Translations under genes and position numbers: made by a program
Notes under the pieces: generated by a model
Told to the model about the DNA's origin: nothing
The model's input: only the letters and a program-made list of their open reading frames with translations
The model's database searches: none
In this document: positions 1 to 13,640 of the stretch, one piece after another
How positions within the stretch are numbered: position 1 is the first letter of the stretch
Layout: each line of letters starts with the position of its first letter
Assembly (NCBI GenBank): GCA_964016885.1
Contig: OZ024758.1
Span: forward strand, 6,448,001 to 6,512,000
Direction of reading: 5' to 3'
DNA length: 64,000 bases
Source: Eledone cirrhosa
Lineage: Eukaryota

Positions 1-89
1 CGACGGCTATTTCTGGACTGTAGCCACTCTACTACCGAAGTATTGAGTGCGTTATGGTTCATCTGGTTCCTTACCACACCTCCTTTGTT
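1..89. mobile_element. Family A short element (Penelope-like remnant), inverted junction, truncated by window start
   Basis: cgacggctatttctggact followed by the reversed tail (...ggttccttaccacacctcctttgtta) and (TA)n; homologous to 29569-29765 and 38801-39060. Confidence 0.6.
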
Positions 90-109
90 ATATATATATA
101 TATATATAT

Positions 110-227
110 ATATTTATTAAAATAACAGATTAAAGTTTAAGCAAAGAATCGCTGCTTTCACCCTTAACGGGATCTTCTGAAGCAGCGATTCTTTGCTTAA
201 ACTTTAATCTGTTATTTTAATAAATAT
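110..227. repeat. Perfect 48-bp inverted repeat with 22-nt spacer, next to (TA)n
   Basis: 110-157 is the exact reverse complement of 180-227. Confidence 0.9.
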
Positions 228-309
228 TTGCTCTACGGTTCTTATATATTTGATATATATTTTCCTTATCGAGCCCTCTTTGGATTTTAGTCTTCAATTT
301 TATTATTAT

Positions 310-382
<73 letters not shown>

Positions 383-756
383 CAGATTAATAGTTATATA
401 TGACATGGAGAAAAATGATAGAACGTTGCAATAAAATATTCCTTAAATTTTCTAAAAAGAAGTACTACTGTGCGTTATGTTACTGAAATAAATACGCTCC
501 GAAAGCTAGATTAGTTCAATTTCCCTCTCAACGTTGCAAATCTAATTGTTTTATCGGACTGGCTCAGTAAGGTATATTCTTTCATGTGGAATCTATTCCA
601 TTCTAATTCTATCTGCCAACCTTTTAAACTACTTCATCTCTATGATAGGATGTTGATAGTTTTTTTTTAATGATATCCTATAGATATCGTATAGATATCC
701 TGTTATAATGACAATGAAGAACAGAGGATATAAATAATACAAATATATACACCACC

Positions 757-788
<32 letters not shown>

Positions 789-962
789 CGTCTTCTTCTT
801 TGTCTCCTCCTTCTTCTTCTTCTTCTTCTTCTTCTTCTTCTCCGCCCCTCCCTTTTCTTCCCTTTCTTCTTCTTATACTTCTTCTTCTCCGTCTCCTCCC
901 CCTTTTTCTTCTTCTTCTTTGTCTCCTCCCTCTTTTCCCCTTTCTTCTTCTTCTTCTTCTTC

Positions 963-998
<36 letters not shown>

Positions 999-1035
999 TC
1001 CTTCTTTTTTTCTTCTTCTTATCATTATTATTATT
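757..1035. repeat. Compound (TTG)n/(TTC)n/(TTA)n microsatellite
   Basis: Seen directly; explains ORFs 757 and 800. Confidence 0.95.
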
Positions 1036-1226
1036 GGTGGATTGGCAGTATCGGGAGAGGGTCGGACGCCATGCTTTGCAGCATAGAGTTACGGCCCTTT
1101 ATGATTTGAGTTCAAATCCCGCCGTGGTCAACTTTGCCTTTCATCCTTACGTGGTCGATAAAATAAAGTACCAGTAATGCACTGGGATAATTGCTGGCCT
1201 TGTGCCAAAAGTAGAAACAATTATTA
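1036..1226 (+). mobile_element. SINE family 1 (tRNA-like head, GCCTTTCATCCTT..GGGGTCGATAAA core, tail ...GGCCTTGTGCCAAAAGTAGAAACAATTAT)
   Basis: A-box-like TGGCAGTATCGG and B-box GAGTTCAAATCCC; more than 15 similar copies in the window. Confidence 0.85.
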
Positions 1227-3453
1227 TTACGATTATTCTTCGCCCACTTATTTCTGTGAAGGTCACGGATGGAGAGTCTACAAACGTTGATTCCAGAGTG
1301 TCCTGTAAGATGCCACCGTCTCCAGTTGATCCGACTCGATCCCCAAGAGAGATCAACCGAACTCATCGATTGTTATTCAATCATCTTGTTAGGGGTCTAC
1401 TCCTGGGTCTCCTGCCGGTTGGTTTCGCCTGTAAAATCTGTCCAGTGACTCGTTCCTGAGACATTCTAACCACATGTCCCTAGTATCGGAACTGTGATCG
1501 CTCAATTCGGAGAAGTATCAACTCTACCTGAAGCGACTCTCTGATCTCTGAGCTAGAAATCTGTCCAGTGACTCGTTCCTGAGACATTCTAACCACATGT
1601 CCCTAGTATCGGAACTGTGATCGCTCAATTCGGAGAAGTATCAACTCTACCTGAAGCGACTCTCTGATCTCTGAGCTAGAAATCTGTCCAGTGACTCGTT
1701 CCTGAGACATTCTAACCACATGTCCCTAGTATCGGAACTGTGATCGCTCAATTCGGAGAAGTATCAACTCTACCTGAAGCGACTCTCTGATCTCTGAGCT
1801 AGAAATCTGTCCAGTGACTCGTTCCTGAGACATTCTAACCACATGTCCCTAGTATCGGAACTGTGATCGCTCAATTCGGAGAAGTATCAACTCTACCTGA
1901 AGCGACTCTCTGATCTCTGAGCTAGAAATCTGTCCAGTGACTCGTTCCTGAGACATTCTAACCACATGTCCCTAGTATCGGAACTGTGATCGCTCAATTC
2001 GGAGAAGTATCAACTCTACCTGAAGCGACTCTCTGATCTCTGAGCTAGAAATCTGTCCAGTGACTCGTTCCTGAGACATTCTAACCACATGTCCCTAGTA
2101 TCGGAACTGTGATCGCTCAATTCGGAGAAGTATCAACTCTACCTGAAGCGACTCTCTGATCTCTGAGCTAGAAATCTGTCCAGTGACTCGTTCCTGAGAC
2201 ATTCTAACCACATGTCCCTAGTATCGGAACTGTGATCGCTCAATTCGGAGAAGTATCAACTCTACCTGAAGCGACTCTCTGATCTCTGAGCTAGAAATCT
2301 GTCCAGTGACTCGTTCCTGAGACATTCTAACCACATGTCCCTAGTATCGGAACTGTGATCGCTCAATTCGGAGAAGTATCAACTCTACCTGAAGCGACTC
2401 TCTGATCTCTGAGCTAGAAATCTGTCCAGTGACTCGTTCCTGAGACATTCTAACCACATGTCCCTAGTATCGGAACTGTGATCGCTCAATTCGGAGAAGT
2501 ATCAACTCTACCTGAAGCGACTCTCTGATCTCTGAGCTAGAAATCTGTCCAGTGACTCGTTCCTGAGACATTCTAACCACATGTCCCTAGTATCGGAACT
2601 GTGATCGCTCAATTCGGAGAAGTATCAACTCTACCTGAAGCGACTCTCTGATCTCTGAGCTAGAAATCTGTCCAGTGACTCGTTCCTGAGACATTCTAAC
2701 CACATGTCCCTAGTATCGGAACTGTGATCGCTCAATTCGGAGAAGTATCAACTCTACCTGAAGCGACTCTCTGATCTCTGAGCTAGAAATCTGTCCAGTG
2801 ACTCGTTCCTGAGACATTCTAACCACATGTCCCTAGTATCGGAACTGTGATCGCTCAATTCGGAGAAGTATCAACTCTACCTGAAGCGACTCTCTGATCT
2901 CTGAGCTAGAAATCTGTCCAGTGACTCGTTCCTGAGACATTCTAACCACATGTCCCTAGTATCGGAACTGTGATCGCTCAATTCGGAGAAGTATCAACTC
3001 TACCTGAAGCGACTCTCTGATCTCTGAGCTAGAAATCTGTCCAGTGACTCGTTCCTGAGACATTCTAACCACATGTCCCTAGTATCTGAACTGTGATCGC
3101 TCAATTCGGAGAAGTATCAACTCTACCTGAAGCGACTCTCTGATCTCTGAGCTAGAAATCTGTCCAGTGACTCGTTCCTGAGACATTCTAACCACATGTC
3201 CCTAGTATCGGAACTGTGATCGCTCAATTCGGAGAAGTATCAACTCTACCTGAAGCGACTCTCTGATCTCTGAGCTAGAAATCTGTCCAGTGACTCGTTC
3301 CTGAGACATTCTAACCACATGTCCGCAATATCGGAAATGTCATCTCACAATTCGGAGAAATAGCGGCTCTACCTTGAGTGACTCTCTCATCTCAGATTTA
3401 CACACTCTATCGAGTATCGTTACTCCAAAGATCCTTCGGAGGAACCCCAACAT
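1225..3453 (-). mobile_element. 5'-truncated RTE-clade LINE with an internal tandem amplification
   Basis: Minus strand reads MLGFLRRIFGVTILDRV..EMRESLKVEPLFLRI...GHVVRMSQER..GQILQAKPTGRRPRSRP, a typical RTE C-terminus; ends in a (TAA)-like tail. Confidence 0.85.
1434..3324. repeat. Tandem array of 15 full 123-bp units plus a partial copy
   Basis: aaatctgtcc recurs at 1434, 1557, 1680 ... 3279; the only variant I saw is G>T at 3087. Confidence 0.95.
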
Positions 3454-3998
3454 AAAGCAATAAAAGTATCACATTACAAACTATTCATTTATCCACATAG
3501 TAAAATAGGTGCTAACGTACCTAATATAGTGAGCCAATGAATTTTAATTAATTAGAACTGTACAACGCGTTAGAAATAAATTAATATTCAACATATTAAT
3601 CAATATATTTTATAAAATATGTATGTAGAATGTTGTTCTGAGCTCGAAAACTTCAAGGATATTAATTTATATAATGCTTTCTTATTCCTGTCATCTGAAT
3701 ACTAATTTTCAGTAGTTTTCATATATGACATCAATGTACAAACATACTTCTTTCGTTAAATCAATTAATTCTCAAAGGAATTTAATATAATTTTCAAACT
3801 TATTGACCTGATATTCAAATACACATAACTTTATTCAATTATCCAATCGAATAACCCAAGGTTTCTGTCACTATTCTATTTAATAAATGAACAAGTAGCT
3901 GATTATATTTTACATTAGGTTGCAATTAGATTAAATAACAAACCTGGACCGTATCGAGGGGTATTACGCAATATCCTCGATTGGTTTCTATGAATCCA

Positions 3999-4111
<113 letters not shown>

Positions 4112-4366
4112 CGTACTGTTATAGAGAAAGTTAGAACGAGCGAGAGAACGTATCAACGAAGTTAGCATGTGAGGGTTACTACCATATATTTTTGAATGCA
4201 TATTTTAATATAGAGAATGTAATTCTCTATATTAGGAGAGAAAAGTTCCACCAAGTTTCAATATGAGGATGTATATAATTATATATATATATATCACATA
4301 TATTTCACCAATTATATTTATATATATATATATCACATATATATATATCACATATGTATCACCAAT

Positions 4367-4414
<48 letters not shown>

Positions 4415-5594
4415 GTTATAGTGATATAGAGAAATGTTCCACTACGTTTCTGCATGAAAGTACAGAAAATATATCAATAATTTTTTCCCGATGGCTAAAT
4501 TGTTTTCAACATTTCTCGAATCTAATTGTTCGAATACAGAGATTCTAATAAATATTGCGGCCCGGTGTTTTCAATTAAGGACAGTCAACATTTTCTGACA
4601 ATTTTCTAAAACCATATTATATTTACATAGATGATATCTAATTCTATACTGGTATGGAATTTTGGATTCGTAAACATTAATTCGCAATATTGCTTGCATA
4701 CATAATCTTTCAAATCTATAGATTCGAGACATCTTCTAATTTGTTTCTTGACCTATGAGAAATAGAGGCCAAACTACTTTCAAACAGTACCTTGCCACAT
4801 TTAAAAAAAGAAAACCACAGATTATATAATGTAACAAGGAATGGATTAATAACTAGGTTAGACAGAAGTAAAAGACACAAAGGGCATGTGGCCTTAATAC
4901 TTTTAGTTATAGATAGTCGTTCCTGTACTACAGGCCAAGGTCTAAAGTTGTGTATTTCTTAGCTGTCCAGCGAACCCATGTGTAAGGGAATAGCTTTACA
5001 TCTCACCCCTATAACTAAATATCTTCATGTCTTAGCTGTAATCGAAGCTATGCATTTAGGATCAGGATGGACAATCATCCGGTGATCCCAGGTTTTACGA
5101 AAAGACGGCCATCAACTGATTCCATGTACAATATTAGAAGTAGCATAGACAGAGAGAATCTGAGAAAAGGAGAGTGTACAAGTTTAACATCAATACATGC
5201 TGTGCTGATCAATCGATAATCAATACATGTTCATGTGACATTCGTTTGGAATAATTATATATGGTAGAAGGATTGATTCTCTAATTGAAAAGATGTAGTG
5301 CTGGAATTGATTATTTATATAAAACGTGTGCTGTATTTTGTGTTACTATTGGAGGTGAAATAACATCTAGAACTAATATTGAAACTTAATATCATAATTT
5401 TTCTAAGATTATTGTACGTGTCTAACATGACACAGACTGACCAACGTACGAAATGTATATTTCCGATAATGATATCAACACTAATGTTGACTAATATACA
5501 TTTTAACACCCGTCTCTTGTTGATTCATGAAGAAAAGTTGGAAAACGTTTGTTCATAAGCTTACGTGTGTAAACAATACATAAAAAAAAACTAA

Positions 5595-5764
5595 ATAATT
5601 GTTTCTACTTTTGGCACAAGGCCAGCATTACTGGTGCTTTATTTTATCAATCCCGTAAGGATGAAAGGCAAAGTTAACCTCGGCGGGATTTGAATTCAGA
5701 CCGTAAAGAGGCGTAACTCTATGCTGCAAAACATAGTATCCGACCTTCTACCGATACTGCCACT
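5595..5764 (-). mobile_element. SINE family 1
   Basis: Reverse complement of the 1036 copy. Confidence 0.85.
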
Positions 5765-6759
5765 GGTTAAGGCAAGTAAATATTTTTTTTATATAGCGAA
5801 ATATTCTTTTATGCAGCGAAATATTTTTTTTGATGCGAAATAATTTTTTTAAGTTTCAGTTATATGTATTTATCCCTCACACGAGATAACACCATTTGGG
5901 TAGCTATTACGTCTTAAGTTTCCTACACTTATATATCTAGGATGTTCTAAATACTTGTATAGATATAATTTATATCCTGGAATTGCTGATGTGCGTTTAG
6001 AATTATTGATTATTTTGACAATGTTGTAAATCATTTTTAAAACATACAAAAACTGAAACACGCATTTTGATTTTGAGTTTGCATGAACAGCAAATTTAAT
6101 TTAGTAAAATGGCCAAATATATTATATCAAACATTGGTTAGCCGAGAAATGCATTAACAATAGTAGCTATTTTTTCTTTAAATGTCGTGATTGAAATGAT
6201 TGCTTTTAGCAAAAGATGTTGTAAATTATCGATACAGTTGCCTTTTATTTTTTTAATAGCTTACAAAAAATAACTCCATGATTCTTTTCTTATTTATACA
6301 TATTACACCTTTTTCTTTAGTGTTTGTGGCATAACTAATAAATGTAATTTCACCAGAAAAAGAAGTTAGGAACTCGATATAAGATCATTAATTTGTTGGA
6401 TGATAATTTCTTTGACATTCTTCATTACAATTTCTTGTTATGTGGGAATTGAAACAGAAAATACCTTAAATGTTCTGGAATGGAATATTTTACAATTCTC
6501 ATTTGAAAGTGTATGATTCCATACAACAAGAGGTAACTACCCGACAAATCTTCAGTTATTTCTCTCTGGGAAATGAAATTTCTTCTTGTATAATGAGATA
6601 CATAAGAATATTTGGAAACAGTTACCATAATTCGGAATATATATTGGTAGGATGTTGGGCAATAGGCTTTAACGCAGAGTTACTGTAGGTTCACCCGGGT
6701 GAGCACTCGATGTTTAGGTCCACGTCGATATCGAGGTGTAGAGCTAGATAGAGTGTAGT

Positions 6760-6999
<240 letters not shown>

Positions 7000-7171
7000 C
7001 TACCCTGATAATTATTCCTCTTAATTTACAACGCATTATGGTGAGATGTACTGTCATCAGCGACCCACACCAGAATGCCGAAGAGCGGCAATTGTCCTTA
7101 TGATTGTCTTTGTCTTACGTTTTCTAAATAATATTAATTATTAACCACACACTGCCTTTTTCACTTTTAAT

Positions 7172-7204
<33 letters not shown>

Positions 7205-7424
7205 AACATGGATGGGTGAGAGATTTAACCGGGAAGTGAAAAACCTACCCAATGTCCAAATGTCTAAGAATAACAATACACTAGACTCGTAGTTTGATTC
7301 ACTCTCATCAAAAGGACAACTACAATGGCATAAAGTAAGTATTTTCCTATAAAAGTTACATATTTCTTATATTAAAGATAAAGATAAAAGTAAAGATAAA
7401 AGATTAAAGAAAATAAGACGGGAA

Positions 7425-7600
7425 ATATTTGTTTTTACTTTTAGCTCAAAGCCAGCAATAAACCCCAGTGCATTACTGGTACTTTATTTTATCGACCCCG
7501 TAAGGATGAAAGGCAAAGCTAACCTTGGCGGGATTTGGACTCGGAACGTAAAGAGCCACAATTACGTGCCGCAAAGCATATTGTCCAAGGCTCGACCAAT
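7425..7600 (-). mobile_element. SINE family 1, diverged
   Basis: Core and B-box in reverse orientation. Confidence 0.75.
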
Positions 7601-8461
7601 ACTTTTAATCTATAAAAAGTAAAATAGTAAGAACAAAATAGAAAAAACGCTAAACTCCTCAGTAATAAATATTCAACAGTGTGACGAAACGTAGGGGTTT
7701 CGTAAGTTTAAGTAAAAAAAAAAAACGAGACGTGAATTTAGCAATTTTTTCTCTTAAATTGTTAAAATTTCTCGGTATAATTTTAAAATAGAATTCACGC
7801 CTAATGTTTATAGAGAAATTATATTGAAGTCGGTGTATATTTTTGATACGGCCGTCTGCTTCCCAGTAGATGTTTTGAATATGTTATTCTATTGATCAAA
7901 CTCCTGAATAATATTGTTCAAAGCGATAGATCAGTGAATATTCAGTATAGCACGTAAATTATACGAATCAAATGTTAATGATTACTTTATTGGTAAGTTA
8001 AATTTACACAGATATATATGAATTGACTGAGCAGAATTTTAGATAGTGTTGAACACACATTAATCTCTAGGACCGGCAATAACACCAAAGTAATAATACA
8101 CAAGTGAGATGAAGATGGAATAAAAGAAAGCTACTGTTTGCAAAGGTCATGGTATCTCGATGAACTGGTCATGTCTGGTGTGAAATGTGATTCATTACTA
8201 GATGGATGAGAATGTTAAGAATCTCTGATTGATGACACGTCACTACTTTGGGAAAAGTATCCGTTTCCTCGGGATTACCAACCTAACACAAAACCTGGCA
8301 GACATCGATGCTATTTATGTGTTGAATAGTTTCTATTAATTTTGATTTGGTAGGCAATCTAAATAGAACAGGCAAATACTTTTAAATATAGACTGTATTG
8401 GTATTAATGCCTTTTCGGAGTCTCTGAAAGCGTATATTGCTTTATGTAGAGGTCGAAGCTC

Positions 8462-8620
8462 TGACGGTCAAATGAAACGTTCATAGAATGACCAAGATAC
8501 TCTCATGGAATGACCAAATGAGATTTATTTTTCAGCATAGTCCCTGGAAAGAAACAATGTAGTTATTAATAACAGTTGAAACTAATGCATGTAAGATTTC
8601 ATAGCTCTAGCATCACTCGT
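8462..8620. mobile_element. Mariner-like MITE, partial
   Basis: Shares gatactctcatggaatgaccaaatgag with the copies at 10.3, 11.2, 18.4 and 51.7 kb. Confidence 0.65.
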
Positions 8621-8629
8621 ATAGGTAAA

Positions 8630-8718
8630 ATGGTGCTGGTTGTGGTGGCGGTGGTGGTGGTGGTGGTAGCAACAGCAGCAGTAGTAGTAGCAGAAGTAAT
8701 AGCAGCAACAGCAGCAGC

Positions 8719-8785
<67 letters not shown>
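8630..8785. repeat. (GGT)/(GCA)/(GTA)n microsatellite
   Basis: Seen directly. Confidence 0.95.
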
Positions 8786-9144
8786 AACATCTAGCTTGGC
8801 TGTGGAAGATGTCACATACCAACCAGTAATATGTTAGGTTAATAACATCACTATGGATGTCTTAAAGAAGACATGGAATGGAATAGACCTCCGTTGGATT
8901 CAACGATAAGTGTTCCAGTTGTTTGAACAACGGAACAAGCTGCTTCCTTTCTAAAATTAACAGGCAGGTGCCTGAGCATTCTACAAACTCTTGTACGCTT
9001 AACGTCATACTCAGGGAGATCCAATGTGACACTGTGTGGGACAAAATAAACACCATACATAAGCAGCAGTATAAATGAGATGGAGAAGCCAGGAATATAT
9101 CTGTGCAAATGTTCTAGTTAATATACGGAGATTTCTAATTAAAA

Positions 9145-9757
9145 ATCATCATCATCATCATCATCCGGCGACCTCAGGCGAAATGGACTCAACAATTGAT
9201 CTCCACGTGGGTCTGTCGTTCATTGCCGTTGCCAAGTCCTGGATTTTAATACCAGAATCTCTGGAGAGGACATCGGGATAGGAGAGCTTGCGTCCCCTGT
9301 TATTAGTGACTGCTTGTGGTTTCCAAAGCACTAATGGGAACACAGCCTCAGAGGTGGCACTGTGGCAGTGACCAGCAAATCGGGATAGGAAAGCTTGCGT
9401 CCCCTGTTATTAGTGACTGCTTGTGGTTTCCAAAGCATTAATGGGGTCACAGTCTCATAGGTGGCACGATAACTGGCCAGCAAATCTTACTCTCCTTTTA
9501 CGTAAAACGACAGATATGCGTGGGAGGCCGGCATATATCTCTCTAAAAGTCAGATGTCCCGAGCTTATGTTCTGAATGTGTTGAAGCAGCCGAGTGTAGG
9601 TGCCACCAAGATGCGTTTGTTGTTTGGATGAAAGCGTCCATGTTTCACTTCCATATAGCAAGATTGGTTGAATTGTTACTTGGAAGAGTCTGATCTTTGT
9701 GTGGCTGGAAAGATTTGAGAGCGAAACACGATCTATCTTGTTGCAAGTTGACCATTA
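9145..9757 (-). mobile_element. 5'-truncated RTE-clade LINE with (ATG)n tail and internal ~107-bp duplication
   Basis: Minus strand LYGSETWTL...TYTRLLQ...LRKRRVRFAG and RGRKLSYPDVL..DRPTWR; segment 9272-9378 is repeated at 9379-9486. Confidence 0.85.
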
Positions 9758-10337
9758 CTTTAATAAACAATAACAAGATGCTAAAATTTGAGAGAGAATC
9801 TTACTGAGAAAGAACACACACTGAATGATAAACAAAACATGCAGCGTATGAAAAAAAAACTAGGACAAACCAATGAAAGCAACACAATAGAACTCATCAC
9901 AGACAAAATCACAATAGAGACGACATTGCTACTTCCTTTTTCTATATTTTTCACTAAATATTAAAATCTTTATTATTTTTATGAAATTTTATCCTAGAGA
10001 TATATTAGAAATATATTTGAGTATTTTGAAATAAAATTAATATGATTTTCGAAAAATAAATGCTACAGAAAAATACATTGAAAATAAGACAGAAATTATT
10101 GCCTAAGAGACACACAAGGAATGGTAACAAATAAAAACTACTCAAAGAAACAAAGAATTGAAATTGTAAATGGTGATGAAGACCATAGGTCCTTCGTGGA
10201 AACATTCAACCAAATATAGTCACAACAAAAATATGACTTCACAACAGATAAACGAGAGTTTTCAGTGAAGGTACCTAATAGAAGAGACCATAACAAAATT
10301 AGTGAACATAGATCAAGGTTAACCCCTGCCCAAGCAA

Positions 10338-10681
10338 CGAAGGTAGACTGAAAAGTTTATACGCTGAGTATGAATAAGTGATGCTAGGGCTATGAAATCT
10401 TGCATGCATTAATTTCAACTCTTCTTAGTAATAACTGCATTGTTTCTTTCCAGAGACTATGTTGAAAAATAAACCTCATTTGGTCATTCCATGAGAGTAT
10501 CTTGGTCAGCCTATGAAAGATTGATGCTAGAGCTGTGAAATCTTGCATGCATTGATGTCAACACTTCTTATTAATAAATGCATTGTTTCTTTCCAGGGAC
10601 TATGTTGAAAAAATAAACCTCATTTGGTCATACTATGAGAGTATCTTGGTCAGTCTATGAACTTTTCAGCCGACCATCATA
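10338..10681. mobile_element. Mariner-like MITE with duplicated interior
   Basis: TIR-like ends (..gactgaaaagttt / ..gaacttttcagccgacc); internal segment present twice. Confidence 0.7.
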
Positions 10682-11209
10682 CATGGGAACAGGGAGTTCC
10701 ACAGATTAATAAATATACGTAAGTGTACCTTGCTAGAAATTCTGTTCATGGAAAAGAACTACCATGAAAGATAACCAGTCTTTTCAGTCAGCACCAGCAT
10801 CACCAAATACGGAAAGAAAATATATTAATTAAATTTGAAACAAAATAATTTAAGAGCTGTCAATATTTTAACGGGTTATAAAATGCGTCACTCAACATTA
10901 TCCAAACAAAATAGCCAAATAACGAAAACCGGATATTATTCAAAGACACTCTAGAAACTAATGTAACACTTAAATGAATCCTATTAGGAAAATAAATGGA
11001 TAAATCACTTATTAAAATGTGAAGTCTCCTCCGAAAGCCACAAGCTGTTTGAATAAAATACAAGAAGAATTTACAGAATCATTACCAAAAACGATTGTAT
11101 TTCACTGGAGAACACACCAACATCAAAGGAAATCACAGAAATTGGAAAACACCTGAGATTGACGAGGTCCCAACATCTGTCCGAAAAATTTAACTAATAA
11201 CCATGGGCA

Positions 11210-11556
11210 TACAAAGGTCGACTAAAAGGTTCATAGGCTGACCACGATACTCTCATGGAATGACCAAATGAGGTTTATTTTCAACATAGTCCCTGGAAAG
11301 AAGCAATGCAGTTACTAATAAAAAGAGTTGAAATTAATGCATGCAAAATTTCACAGCTCTATCATCACTCCTTCTTCATACGCTGATCAAGATACTCTCA
11401 TGGAATGACCAAATGAGGTTTATTTTTCAACATAGTCCCTGGAAAGAAACAATGCAGTTATTAATAAGAAGAGTTGAAATTAATGCATGCAAGATTTCAC
11501 AGCTCTAGCATTACTCCTTCATAGTCAGCCAACCAACCTTTTAGTCTAGCCTTGTA
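11210..11556. mobile_element. Mariner-like MITE with duplicated interior, TA-flanked
   Basis: TA-caaaggtcgactaaaaggtt ... aaccttttagtctagccttg-TA. Confidence 0.75.
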
Positions 11557-11954
11557 TTGTGGTAGAGATCAATTGAAAATTATTTAAATGATTTAAAAGA
11601 ACTTAAAATTGATGCTCCAGTATGGTCTTAGTGCATTGAATGAATGCAGTAAAAGAAAAAAAGAATATTTAATGACAAATCTCCCATCCATATGGAATGT
11701 GCGTGTATATGTATGTATGTGTGTGTATGTATGTGTACATATTAAAAGAATGAAGAATAATATGGCTGGCTGTACTAAAAGGGTTTATTTACAGTATTAA
11801 CAAGTGTTTCATTAACTATCCTCAACACAGGGTACACTCAACCTCCTAAGGAATACAAATCCTTGAGAGCTTTAAGTCTTTATACAAAAAAGTCGGCTGA
11901 TTATATGATCAACCAACTTTCATCAACTGAATAATATGTATATATAAACGTGTG

Positions 11955-12841
<887 letters not shown>

Positions 12842-13284
12842 CACTGTTATGTCTTCAATAAACTATACAATGTACTCTTCAAGTTACAATGTATTTTATA
12901 GTTGATTATAGTTGTTTCACTTTATATAAATTAGTAAAATAATTGAAATGATCAAATAATTATGGCCAAAAATTGTTTTATATTATTAGGGTTTCTTTCT
13001 GCAATTATCACTGTGACTATCAGTCTCTAGGCAATTGAATATCTACTCTAAAAATGAATCGATAATAAAAATTGTTGGCCTTGATCCTAAATCAGAAACC
13101 AATATTTATACTAAAAAGCGTACGGTCAATATCAGAGTTGACAGATGGTGGATAAAGTTCCAATGTATATTTAGTTATGTCCCTTGTTATTCTGAGTTCA
13201 AATCCTGCCAGATATCTTTTCTCGCTCGATAAAATAAAATAGCAATGAAATAGAGAAGAGATTTAATTGATTGTAATACCTTCC

Positions 13285-13640
13285 CGAAGGCAACCAAATG
13301 ACAGAGACATTAGAACGTCAGATAGAATACTTTGCTGTATTCGTTTCCGTTCTCTTTCTCTCTGAATTCCAATCCCGCTAAGGTTAACGTTGCCTTTAAT
13401 CAAATCAAGGTCGATAGAAAAAAGTACTAGTCAAGTAATAGGGCGAATTCTTCCTCTATATATATCTATCTCACTTCCTGTCTCTCATTTTCTATCTTTC
13501 TTTGGAAAAAATCTGCCGTTTTCAGACCTGGAGAGGAGATGAGTTCCACCAGGTTTTAAAATGCCCTGGAATCGCCGAATGCCAACACAGCAACCCTACG
13601 ACTCCTTCGAGCGTCACAGAATCATACATGCTTGCAATAC
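13285..13640 (+). mobile_element. SINE family 2 (same head/core as family 1, longer different tail containing TTCAGACCTGGAGA)
   Basis: Homologous to the copies at 18.8, 31.6, 39.6, 47.9, 49.6 and 58.9 kb. Confidence 0.7.

Noticed and set aside
1434-3324. CRISPR-like array
   Set aside because: Units are identical over their full length with no unique spacers, there are no cas genes, and the unit is RTE coding sequence in a eukaryote.
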